Assembly: GCF_964355755.1 (NCBI RefSeq)
Contig: NC_092678.1
Span: 11,902,352-11,966,351, forward strand
DNA from: Antedon mediterranea
Lineage: Eukaryota; Animalia; Echinodermata
Direction of reading: 5' to 3'
Length of the DNA: 64,000 bases
Under the pieces are notes generated by a model that did no database searches, was not told where the DNA came from, and was given only the letters and a program-made list of their open reading frames with translations. Positions 42,601 through 50,364 of the stretch are shown here, piece after piece (positions within the stretch are counted from its first letter, which is position 1; each line of letters opens with the position of its first letter). The position numbers were made by a program, and so were the translations under genes.

Positions 42601-43840
42601 TTGTATTTTATATACATGTACTCCTGATCACTTCTGAAATCTACAGTATCTGTGAGTTTACTGTAAGTTACTTTGGAGGTATATCAGACAGGGCCATAGC
42701 CACCAGTACAGTTGGTAAGGTATCAACCTGACCCGTTTGACAACCATGTGGCCTATAGTAGCCAATTGACACCAGAGTTCAATATATTGTACAAAGATTT
42801 TGTTAGTATTATTGATCCTGGATTGAATTTAGCATAGTTCTCTACAGTGCACTCGCCTACACACTTACAATATATAAAATACATGCATTTCAATGTTCTA
42901 AGCATAGCATTCTATTATACAGTATGATAGCCTTAAAGTAATTTAGCTTCTGCTTTATAATCTAAGATATTAGGTATTTTTCTAATCTTCCTCTACAGCA
43001 TTTAATTTGTTGTATGTCTAAAGATTACAGTACCGTACTGTAGCTTCTGGCCCTGCTGAAGTCATTGGTACCCATCGTTACCTTTATAAACTCACAATTA
43101 CTTGCTTGCATTATTGCTTAGAGTGATGGATTATTTTTTACAGTGTAGGTTTCAAGGGCAAGAGGCTTGAATAAGAAGGCTGATTCTCTTACTGTACCTT
43201 TTGGCAGCCAGAAGCAATTACCTATGGTAAGTATCGTATGTCACAGTGATTATTTTCTAGTTTGGAATGGAAGATACTAACCATAGCAGGTATTTCCATT
43301 GAGATAAAATCCATCGCAACAGTTGATTAAAATAATAGGATTTTCACAGACAAAACGACATCCTTCCAGTCTGCCATACCCCTCTACTTGGAAATCACAT
43401 AATGATGTACTATTCTCAGCTATGTCACCATTTACACAGGGCTCAACAACTGATGTATCACATGGCTGACATTCAGATATTAACTTTTGTATACCACTAC
43501 GGTCACATCTTGAATAAACCGTTCTCTTCTGTCTGTCAAATATGTCTGAAATATGTCCAGCATATCTCTTTGGCACTTTTGCTAACCTGTTTGTATTTGT
43601 GTTTTCAGATTTCAGAGTATTAAAATGTTTTTCTATAACTGTACTTGAATCTGCAGTATTTAAGTTTGCCAGCAGGTATATGATAAAAAAACAATAAAAT
43701 GTAGGGAAATGTTCGGGTAATAAGAATAATTTTACCGATTTACAACATGGTCCGTTTCCAAATTTCAGTCTAGGCCTAGGCCACTCACCACCACCTCCAA
43801 TGGAGTTCAGGTGCGAGGCATACTTATCGGCAACGATCAT
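483..43840 (-). CDS. STAB2: Stabilin-like scavenger receptor (EGF/laminin-EGF + FAS1 repeats), multi-exon, 3' part outside window
   Basis: 37 GT-AG exons with matching phases join to about 1515 aa with no stops. Domain order is EGF cluster, FAS1, FAS1, EGF cluster, FAS1, FAS1, EGF cluster, with CCxGFYG..CPGG motifs. STAB1 vs STAB2 cannot be resolved; likely a co-ortholog. Confidence 0.92.
780..1182. repeat. minisatellite, alternating 58/57 bp units, about 7 copies
   Basis: attaatacggttcacagttt(c)tagtggtagggatatagcatgtaatttatatcaaatg. Confidence 0.95.
1322..1383 (-). CDS. stabilin exon 36
   Basis: [20 protein letters not shown]; phase 2-1. Confidence 0.87.
1476..1518 (-). CDS. stabilin exon 35
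   Basis: [15 protein letters not shown]; phase 1-2. Confidence 0.85.
2527..2622 (-). CDS. stabilin exon 34 (EGF)
   Basis: [32 protein letters not shown]. Confidence 0.88.
2873..3037. mobile_element. PIF/Harbinger-type MITE
   Basis: TIR agcttggttcccactag / ctagtgggaaccaggct; TAA on both flanks. Confidence 0.8.
3287..3439 (-). CDS. stabilin exon 33 (EGF)
   Basis: [16 protein letters not shown]...[15 protein letters not shown]. Confidence 0.9.
3591..5345. mobile_element. non-autonomous TIR DNA transposon (superfamily unclear)
   Basis: TIR tcgtcactcgtcacacgaaccggcgaat / attcgccggttcttgtgacgagtgacga; subterminal inverted ttcgtcacttcgtgt motifs. Confidence 0.8.
5510..5552 (-). CDS. stabilin exon 32
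   Basis: [14 protein letters not shown]. Confidence 0.88.
5792..5887. mobile_element. small Harbinger-type MITE
   Basis: agctctgtccacac...gtgtagacagagct with TTA on both flanks. Confidence 0.7.
6522..6600 (-). pseudogene. apparently decayed stabilin exon (pseudo-exon)
   Basis: [24 protein letters not shown] resembles exon 16; in-frame TAA, off-phase donor, no clean in-frame acceptor. Confidence 0.6.
6755..6883 (-). CDS. stabilin exon 31 (FAS1-4 end)
   Basis: [35 protein letters not shown]. Confidence 0.9.
7564..9802 (+). mobile_element. internally deleted Sola2-like DNA transposon
   Basis: 19 bp perfect TIR GAGGCGCTCCAGCTCAAAA, AAAT TSD; remnant ORF 8768-9055 ending PGLS..Q.YFY..VREFC...ARDIVCPAP. 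Confidence 0.75.
9853..9987 (-). CDS. stabilin exon 30 (FAS1-4)
   Basis: [30 protein letters not shown]...NSSM. Confidence 0.87.
10308..10394 (-). CDS. stabilin exon 29 (FAS1-4)
   Basis: [29 protein letters not shown]. Confidence 0.88.
10826..10942 (-). CDS. stabilin exon 28 (FAS1-4 start)
   Basis: VFISST...[20 protein letters not shown]. Confidence 0.88.
11633..11710 (-). CDS. stabilin exon 27 (FAS1-3 end)
   Basis: [26 protein letters not shown]. Confidence 0.9.
11754..16245 (+). mobile_element. non-autonomous Helitron
   Basis: 5' A|TCTATATATAAA; 3' hairpin agatggtacgc...gcgtgccatct then CTAG|T; no TSD. Confidence 0.8.
11765..15644. repeat. 1940 bp near-identical tandem duplication inside the Helitron
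   Basis: 11765-13704 matches 13705-15644; only difference noticed is C12791/T14731. Confidence 0.95.
17066..17180 (-). CDS. stabilin exon 26 (FAS1-3)
   Basis: [17 protein letters not shown]...LRYSNM. Confidence 0.88.
17813..19103. repeat. 50 bp minisatellite, about 26 copies
   Basis: gttattaagcgcaaggaagcagtgac(c/t)actgagctgtgctgatggctagg. Confidence 0.97.
19147..19250 (-). CDS. stabilin exon 25 (FAS1-3)
   Basis: [24 protein letters not shown]. Confidence 0.88.
19745..19792 (-). CDS. stabilin exon 24 (FAS1-3 start)
   Basis: [16 protein letters not shown]; aag / gtaagt. Confidence 0.82.
19930..20515 (+). repeat. 69 bp (23-codon) repeat array, about 8 copies, STPR-like
   Basis: one frame reads ET(P/L)ED(A/T)[15 protein letters not shown]. 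Confidence 0.85.
21263..21345 (+). mobile_element. tRNA-derived SINE 5' fragment (same family as 49945-50258)
   Basis: agtgagtgagtggccgagcg...ggctcactcaccccatggttctggtggt. Confidence 0.7.
22993..23085 (-). CDS. stabilin exon 23 (EGF)
   Basis: [31 protein letters not shown]. Confidence 0.9.
23205..23355 (+). mobile_element. tRNA-derived SINE (degenerate)
   Basis: A box tggtgtagtg, B box gggttcgaatc, then ttgggcaagacactt...caggtgtataaat core-like segment. Confidence 0.65.
23417..23503 (-). CDS. stabilin exon 22 (EGF)
   Basis: [29 protein letters not shown]. Confidence 0.9.
23786..24333. repeat. 23 bp minisatellite, about 24 copies
   Basis: aagtggtgtacatatagcactgc; explains the spurious repetitive ORFs. 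Confidence 0.97.
24473..24631 (-). CDS. stabilin exon 21 (EGF)
   Basis: [32 protein letters not shown]...YTAPGQ. Confidence 0.9.
24930..25563. repeat. 62 bp minisatellite, about 10 copies
   Basis: tgatgctgaagaggagaatggtactattgatatagtagatttagacagtgataatgacatcg. Confidence 0.95.
25647..25740 (-). CDS. stabilin exon 20 (EGF)
   Basis: [31 protein letters not shown]. Confidence 0.9.
26254..26431 (-). CDS. stabilin exon 19 (EGF)
   Basis: [19 protein letters not shown]...CHAHAEC. Confidence 0.9.
26834..26945 (-). CDS. stabilin exon 18 (EGF)
   Basis: [37 protein letters not shown]. Confidence 0.9.
27064..27410. mobile_element. TTAA-target MITE (Kolobok-like)
   Basis: TTAA|agatgtattgtccc...gggacaatacatct|TTAA; related remnant near 11352. 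Confidence 0.75.
27577..27663 (-). CDS. stabilin exon 17
   Basis: [29 protein letters not shown]. Confidence 0.9.
28181..28273 (-). CDS. stabilin exon 16
   Basis: [31 protein letters not shown]. Confidence 0.88.
28476..28544 (-). CDS. stabilin exon 15
   Basis: [23 protein letters not shown]. Confidence 0.88.
28757..30351. mobile_element. non-autonomous Kolobok-like transposon
   Basis: TTAA|aggggggttccgggtttaaaat...attttaaacccagaatccccct|TTAA; AG termini rather than piggyBac CC. Confidence 0.75.
30994..31079. repeat. 24 bp tandem repeat, about 3.5 copies
   Basis: ataagtgcatggatataccatgta. Confidence 0.8.
31091..31246 (-). CDS. stabilin exon 14 (FAS1-2 end)
   Basis: [18 protein letters not shown]...[11 protein letters not shown]. 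Confidence 0.9.
31725..31805 (-). CDS. stabilin exon 13 (FAS1-2)
   Basis: [27 protein letters not shown]. Confidence 0.85.
32530..32583 (-). CDS. stabilin exon 12 (FAS1-2)
   Basis: [18 protein letters not shown]. Confidence 0.88.
32751..32870 (-). CDS. stabilin exon 11 (FAS1-2)
   Basis: [13 protein letters not shown] (H1 motif). Confidence 0.9.
33555..33617 (-). CDS. stabilin exon 10 (FAS1-2 start)
   Basis: [21 protein letters not shown]; tttttag / gtgagt, phase 0-0. Confidence 0.8.
35037..35171 (-). CDS. stabilin exon 9 (FAS1-1 end)
   Basis: [13 protein letters not shown] (FAS1 H2 motif). Confidence 0.9.
35588..35920. repeat. 22 bp minisatellite, about 15 copies
   Basis: gcaaggcatacatcaataacct. 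Confidence 0.97.
36348..36497 (-). CDS. stabilin exon 8 (FAS1-1)
   Basis: [22 protein letters not shown]...EVKQDQ. Confidence 0.88.
37271..37438 (-). CDS. stabilin exon 7 (FAS1-1)
   Basis: RLRELN...[17 protein letters not shown] (FAS1 H1 motif). Confidence 0.9.
37932..38126 (-). CDS. stabilin exon 6 (EGF)
   Basis: SKCECIVHY...[19 protein letters not shown]. Confidence 0.9.
38649..38845 (-). CDS. stabilin exon 5 (EGF)
   Basis: [16 protein letters not shown]...CHYLSAGK. Confidence 0.9.
38895..39600 (-). mobile_element. diverged partial copy of the hAT MITE family at 44426-46063
   Basis: reverse complement of ggttttctaggcgctgaagct, tggtccctggatgg and ctagagctgcaggtcttcaaaa segments. Confidence 0.7.
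39646..40205. repeat. 31 bp minisatellite, about 18 copies
   Basis: attaacgatataccttttggcctgtgggtac. Confidence 0.97.
40405..40527 (-). CDS. stabilin exon 4 (EGF)
   Basis: [15 protein letters not shown]...[15 protein letters not shown]. Confidence 0.88.
40925..41406. repeat. 60 bp minisatellite, 8 copies
   Basis: tcatgtttgttgaatagttagtaggtcagagccaatcattttgcctgtacacctcctaac. Confidence 0.97.
41964..42059 (-). CDS. stabilin exon 3 (EGF)
   Basis: [32 protein letters not shown]. Confidence 0.9.
42319..42462 (-). CDS. stabilin exon 2 (EGF)
   Basis: [16 protein letters not shown]...[15 protein letters not shown]; ag/gt boundaries. Confidence 0.9.
43282..43840 (-). CDS. stabilin exon 1 (putative ATG, hydrophobic stretch, N-terminal Cys-rich region)
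   Basis: MIVADK...[11 protein letters not shown]...RQKR...RCD...[13 protein letters not shown]; donor gttagt, phase 1; start codon uncertain. Confidence 0.75.
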
Positions 43841-44425
43841 TGTCCGAGTCTGGTCCTCATTGGTCCTGACCCCACAAAACAAACTACTCTACAGTAAGTT
43901 ATTACGTGTAATTATTTATAATGAAAAACCTTTTTTAACAGTCAATTTAGAATGCCATCTGCCATTTGTCACCAATATTAATTCGCAAATATTTTAAGAT
44001 CCTGGCTACTCTACTGCGGCGGCGATTATTAAGGTAGTACTACTGTAGCTAGCTGGCTAGTGTTTGAAAGGTGGTGACTTAATTGTTGTTGTCACGTGTT
44101 AACAGAAATTCCTTTCCTATGACAATACAGTACTGTAGTGTAGTATATTGTTTACATTGTTCAGAAGGCCCTTTTGTATGGAACGCCGTTTACGCAACAT
44201 TTCGATGATATGAATTTTATGACGCGATATGTGAATGAAATGCATCGATATGAATTGAATGGCGTGATATATGAATGAAATGTTTTGAATTGAATGCTTT
44301 GAATTGAATGTTTTGAATGAAATGTTTTGAATTGAATGTTTTGAATAAAATGTTTTGAATGAACAGTAAAATTCAGCAACATTGAATTGAATGTCTTCAA
44401 AACGTTAGAGAACGTTACTTGAAGG

Positions 44426-46063
44426 CAGGGGTGGCGCCAGGATCTTCCCGACGCGGGGGCTACATTCCCCGACGAGGGGGCTATGCGAGCGAAGCGAGCA
44501 TCACTAGGCTGGGGGCCAGGGGGCCGCCAAGGGCCCCCGGTGGGGGTCCAGGGGGGCGAAGCCCCCGGAAGCAACGCGTTCTAGCGTCATTTGAGGTCAT
44601 TTTAATCAGATTTAGGGTAGCCATTTTTTATAATGCATAAATAAAATACTGCGTGCAAAAAAACGATGCGCGATGACTGTTTCAATCCATATTTTTCAAT
44701 TTAAAAAATAAAAGTTCAAAGAAAATTTAGAAAAATAGAGTTGGAGGTCCCGGAAATTGGACTTATTATACTTCAAAACATGAAACAAAATATATAAGTC
44801 CCTATCAAGGTTGTGACTGAGCTAAGAAATGTTTGAAAAATAGAGATGTTAGGTCCCAGAAAATGCACTTCTTGTACTTCGAAATATGACCAGCTTTATT
44901 GTTGGGGCTGAGCTAAGAAACTGTTTAAAACTAGAGCTGCAGGTCTTCAAAAAATTGCATTTTATACTTCGGAAACATCAGGCATAGATGCTTAAAAAAC
45001 GCAAGCGTAGACCTTTTTCAGTCGGGGAAATAAGTTTATTCCTCCCAAGTGTATGCGTGCGTACCATCTGGACTTCCGAGTGGTGAGAAATTCATGACAT
45101 ACAGGACATTGAAAATGTAATAACTTAGCTATAATAAGATGTTGGCTAAGCGAAAATGGCATGTTTTTTTGCTTAGTAATGGATGAAAAATTTATTTTAG
45201 GTGCCCCACGGTACAGAATGTTACTTGTAAATTAAAAAAATTGGTGAACATACGAACAATTAACATATTTCGTTTTTGCTGTAGTGTAGCGTACGTCGAC
45301 GCAGTACACGACGTAACCGTCAGTAAACTTCGCCTGGAAAATAACTACAGTACACATTTTGGTCCCTGGATGGAACATGATATCACGCGTCTCGACCCAA
45401 CGTTGAACGATTCGTACAAAGGGATACCGCCAGACAAGTGCGAACCTAGCTATTGTTTAGTAGTAAGTTAGATCGCTGGCAATAATGAGTGCATATAAAG
45501 TGCATAATATCACTCTGACGTACTCTCTCACGGTCAATGAAACGTCGCGGTTTTCTAGGCGCTGAAGCTAGCTACGAAGTGATCGCGAACGCTTTTTACT
45601 GTATATTATATTCCCCGACAAAAAAGTACCCGTGTTTCCTTCGGTAACCGTCGGTAAACTTCGCCTGGAAAATAACTACATTACACATTTTGGTCCCTGG
45701 ATGGAACTTGATATCACGCGTCTCGACCCAACGTTGAACGATTCGTACAAAGGGATACCGCCAGACAAGTGCGTACCTAGCTAATGTTTAGTAGTAAGTT
45801 AGATCGCTGGCAATATAATGAATGCATAAAAGTGCATAATAGCCCTCTGACGTACTCTCACGGTCAATGGAACGTCATGGTTTTCTAGGCGCTGAAGCTA
45901 TATAAAGTGAACGCGAACGTTTTTTACTGTAGGGCCTATATTATATTCCCCGACAAAAAGTACCCGTGTTCCCCGACGGGGGGGGGGGGGGGGGGGGGGG
46001 GGGGGCTAGGCTCCCCGACGAGGGGGCTAGAGCCCCCGTAGCCCCCCGCTGGCGCCACCACTG
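44426..46063. mobile_element. non-autonomous hAT transposon
   Basis: TIR caggggtggcgccag / ctggcgccaccactg; perfect 8 bp TSD CTTGAAGG; internal ~333 bp tandem duplication. Confidence 0.88.
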
Positions 46064-46119
46064 CTTGAAGGTTAAAGTTTAACGGACGTCAAAAATGATT
46101 CACACATTCACGTTGTTTG

Positions 46120-48622
46120 AATGTTATTTCCAACCAAACGTAATGGTAATATTGAAACCATTGAAATACCAGCAGAGTGTCAGTGTATTGCTACTGCGTA
46201 CGCGCAACGAACCAGAGAAACAAAAGGGGAATGGATAGTGGAACCGAAGGGTTGTTCTAGTCTAGATGAGAATGGCCTCGTCGTAGATCGAACAGTACAG
46301 TAGTAGACCCAAATGCTCATTCATTCCAGCTACCTATAAAATGCTGATCCTGCAAAGAAAGTGATTTTGGCTGGTACGAAAGTTGGTGTCCTTACTCCAG
46401 TCACGATAGATGTAAGATTTAGTTTAATCTTAATTGGCGCCGCCAACGGATTTGAGGCAGATGAGCGTCGAAAACGCTACTGTGAGTGTGTTGCAGTTAA
46501 TTACTAAGAAACATTAGTTAAAAGCAAGTAGAAATAAATGTTTGGTCATTGTTTAAAGACGCTATGAGAGAAGTCATTGTGGTTACTGTTGCAAACCAGC
46601 TTGTATTGGCTTTTCTGAGTGTCTGTATCTGGCAAAGTAGTAAGTTTCGATAAGAATAGACAAGTTTAACATGTTAACGAAATGTAGCGATGACATGATT
46701 TAATGTTCTGTTTATTTGATCAGTTATGTATGTTATATTTTAGTATTGAATGAGACTGTTGGAATAAAACAACTTCATCTCAAACCCTAATACATGTGCT
46801 CATTTTAGTCTCCGTACAGTCGTCTTGAGCAAATTTCCTACAATAGACCTTTCCAGTTACTACCAGAACAGTAAATAACGAGACACCGTCTATTAGCGGG
46901 TTGCCTGTGTATTGGGCGGAGTTGTATGAACGTAGCACAAACGGTGTAAAACATCAGCACCATGGTCAGATCCAGAAGTTGTTAGGCGATTATCAAGACG
47001 TGTTTGCTGCCAGTGACGCCGATCTTGGACGAACTGGACTATTGAAGCACGACAAAAAAATCAAGTGTGCTGCCCCGGTACGAGAGCCCCCACGGCGACA
47101 ACCTATGGCAAACCAGGAGGAAATAGAGAAACAGGTACGAGACTTGTTAGAACGATAAGTGATCGAACCAGCAGAAAGCCCTTGGGCTTCGAATGTTGTG
47201 TTTGTGTCAAAGAAAGATGGGACGAAACGATTCTGTGTGGATTATAGGCGGCTGAATCACCTTACTGTCAAAGAAGCGTATCCGTTGCCGAGAATCGATG
47301 TTCTCTTGATGCATTATCGGGGGCAAAATGGTTCTCTACCTTAGATTTGGCCTCCGGTTATTTGCAAGTAGAGTTGGACGAGGACGCTAAACAGAAGGCG
47401 GCATTCGTAGTACGAGGTGTCCATTTTATGTGGACTGTAATGCATTTTGGACTGTGTAACGCGCCGTCTACGTTTGAACGACTCATAGAACGGATATTGA
47501 ACAGGATGCAGTGGAAAGAGTTAGTGATCTACTTAGACGATGTGATTGTGTATGCCAAGTCTATAGAGGACGAGATAAGCAGGTTGGGATCAGCGATTCT
47601 GAGACGCAGGGCTAATTGAACCCTAAGAAGTGTAGACTCTTTCAGACAGGACGAGACGCAACTGCAGCTAGCTGCTGTACGTGTGCGAGAGGCATTGAAA
47701 AAGAGCGCCCGGAGGCAGAAGCGGTTATATGACCAATTGGCAGATGGACCTTCCTTGAACAAAGGAAGTTTTGTACTCATGTACGACAAAACCAAGAGAA
47801 AAGGAATCTCTCCAAAACTGGAGAGTTGTTAGCATTGTCCTAACCTGATCTGCAAAAAGATGTCGGAAGTAACTTAACGGATCCGGCTAAGTCCCAAAGA
47901 GAAGTACCGGGTAGATTGAAAACATAAAGGTATGCAAAGAGTGCAAGTCCGAGTTTTCTACTGTGACGGCGCTACATGGGCACCGAGAAACAAAACACCC
48001 TAGGGATTTTGTTTGCAAATTTTGCGGTGGAAGATTTAAGGAAAGTCTGCTCTGGACCGGCACGGAACTAGAAACCACCTGTATACTCATTCCGGTGGAT
48101 TGCGGTGGCGACCAGGCCCGGCGAAAGAGGACAAGTTACGTGCCGCATTGCCGGAAATTGAACTGTCGCCAGGTACGCAGTCCTTGTTGGACGAGATGAT
48201 GAAGGGAGAAGACCCGGTGCCGAAGAAAGTCCATCGAGTCTCAAAGAGAAAGTCCACTTTTCTCTCCGATGAGACCCGAGAGGCCCTGGCATCGGATGGT
48301 ACCGGTTTTTTAGAACGAAGGGTTGCAGACCGGGTTGCTAAAGTAATCAAGAAGAAGAAACTCACACATTACCGAGACGGAAGTGTCAGCCTACACTGTA
48401 AAAAATATGGGTAAACTATACTGGGTAAATTTAATATCCTCTTTTGTTGACAGAAGAATACTTGTTGGATTAGCTAGTTATTTTATTTCTCTTAATCCCG
48501 TAAAGAATGCGGCAGAGGCATAGTAGACCCTCTGTCTAAGTTTTGTTTGATTTGTTTTTTCTTTAAAAAAATTGTTATTGATGATTTAGGGGACGAATCG
48601 TTCTGGGAGGGGGGGGGGGGGG
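46120..48622 (+). mobile_element. degenerate Ty3/Gypsy LTR retrotransposon internal region (RT, integrase tail, PPT)
   Basis: SPWASNVVFVSKKDGTKRFCVDYRRLN, YPLPRID, MHFGLCNAPSTFER, YLDD; G-rich PPT at about 48605-48622; frameshifts; RNase H and integrase core absent. Confidence 0.88.
46411..46842 (+). mobile_element. solo LTR
   Basis: TGTAAGA...TCCTACA termini, 5 bp TSD ATAGA, internal AATAAA. Confidence 0.82.
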
Positions 48623-49083
48623 AATTTTTGATAATGCGTGATGACATCGGTGTTGGTCAAATTGATCTTCATTCTACCCTGCCTAAACCTTCCAGCCTCG
48701 CAAGACGAGCCAACCTACGAAGAAAGTTGTCCAGACCAAGGCATCCGTCCAACTTGCAAATCGAACTCCAAAACCAACACATAGCACCAGGCTTTCTTTG
48801 AGACGATGTGGTCTTTGATGGTGGGCGGCATGCATGTTTTATTTGCAACCGATGCTATGATGGACATCCTGGGAAGAGCAAGAGTATGGTAATACTTTTT
48901 CCCTGTACACTTTTTTTTTCATTTTTTGAAATTACAATGTACATACTTATTGTTTCGTTAACATTCTTATAACATTTTTAAAACTACCTTTACAGATGGT
49001 GGTCATCAACGCAGAGCCCATTTTTAGAGAGGATGAAATCCAAAGACAGTCTCGACATGCAATAATTGCAACACAACGGTTAA

Positions 49084-49170
49084 ACGGATACTGGGACGAG
49101 TACGGATACTGGGACGAGTACGGATACTGGGACGAGTACGGATACTGGGACGAGTACGGATACTGGGATA
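49084..49170. repeat. 18 bp tandem repeat, about 5 copies
   Basis: acggatactgggacgagt. Confidence 0.9.
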
Positions 49171-49176
49171 CTTCAA

Positions 49177-49686
49177 ATGCCCACCACGATATCAATACAT
49201 CAACTCTTGCAAACGATTCGTTTGATGACCCCGATACATTGTTATCTAAATCTGGCTGAACACGTGAGTAAATCACCGCACGAAAAGAACTTGCGCTTAA
49301 ACGATTCCTATGTCTTGGAATTTAAAGCAAAAGGCGGTGTCAGAATACATGATTTGCCATCCTTACTAAAAGATCATACGTCATACGATATAGTTTATAT
49401 TCAGATAGGAGAAAATGACATAGGAACGCATAGTATATCGAACATCATGAGACACTATCGGTCCTTCATAGACTTCCTATTGCTGGGGGCAGACGTCAAA
49501 TTAGTGATCGTAGGTGAACTCATCCGTAGACTACCAAAGAACGCTATACGTATGTTTAATACTACCATTAAGATGTTGAATAATAACTTGGCAACATGTT
49601 TTTTGGAGACACTGTGGTCTCAAAGCGGATTTCACTCACGTGGGAAGGGATGGCGTACATTTGAGCATAGTCGAACGATTCATTAG
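49177..49686 (+). pseudogene. SGNH/GDSL hydrolase-like ORF of a YR retrotransposon
   Basis: D-S block I-like, GG block II, DIVYIQIGEND block III; DGVHL block V (gatggcgtacatttg) frameshifted. Confidence 0.7.
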
Positions 49687-49944
49687 AAGTATGCGGAACG
49701 CCCTCATATATGGAGCAAAACTTGTAAATTTCAGATATTGCATGTCATTTTCTTTCGAGATATTTTTCCGACAAATTTTGAGCTCATTCTAAGGAGAACT
49801 TGGGGTTTTCTTTTATGCATTTTTTTTTTATTAATGTACGAATTTTGTTTTAATGCTATATACCGTTCGGTTCCTCGTTGGTATACCACGGTGTCGGCAT
49901 TAGTGTAGCAAACTTTTTCATAAAGTTTCGGTAGTATGTTTATG

Positions 49945-50258
49945 GTTTGTTTGTTTTATCTTTATACTGGGTGACCTCTTCAGTCAAAGACTGATCTCCC
50001 AGAGGGCCCAGTTGGTGATCAGTGGCTGTGATGTACTAATACACCGGGGTAACCCCCTACTCATCTCGAAAGATGTATTAGGTTCTTTAAAGTGCACACG
50101 GGCAAGTTGTGTACACTGGACCTACAGTTTATAGTCCTTATCCGAGAAGACTCGTTCTACCACCAGAACCATGGAGTGAGTGAGCCTTGAACCCCTGCCG
50201 ATGTTATGGCTACGTGATTACGGCTCCACTGTCTTAACCGCTCGGCCACTCACTCACT
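49945..50258 (-). mobile_element. full-length tRNA-derived SINE
   Basis: 5' agtgagtgagtggccgagcggttaag (A box), ggttcaaggct (B box), (aaac)n-like tail. Confidence 0.78.
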
Positions 50259-50364
50259 ATTTGGTGACATGTCAAATGAAGTTTACTTAAACCATTTCAT
50301 TTAATATAAAATGTCTTTCTTTTTATGTCGGACTATAGAAGTCCAGTAGCCATCCAAAACCAGT

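Noticed and set aside
42689-43055. Possible hAT MITE (cagggcc...ggccctg); similar case at 36056-36232
   Set aside because: Short imperfect TIRs and no 8 bp TSD
48996-49259. GYWDEY repeat protein
   Set aside because: 18 bp tandem repeat in transposon context; no evidence of coding function
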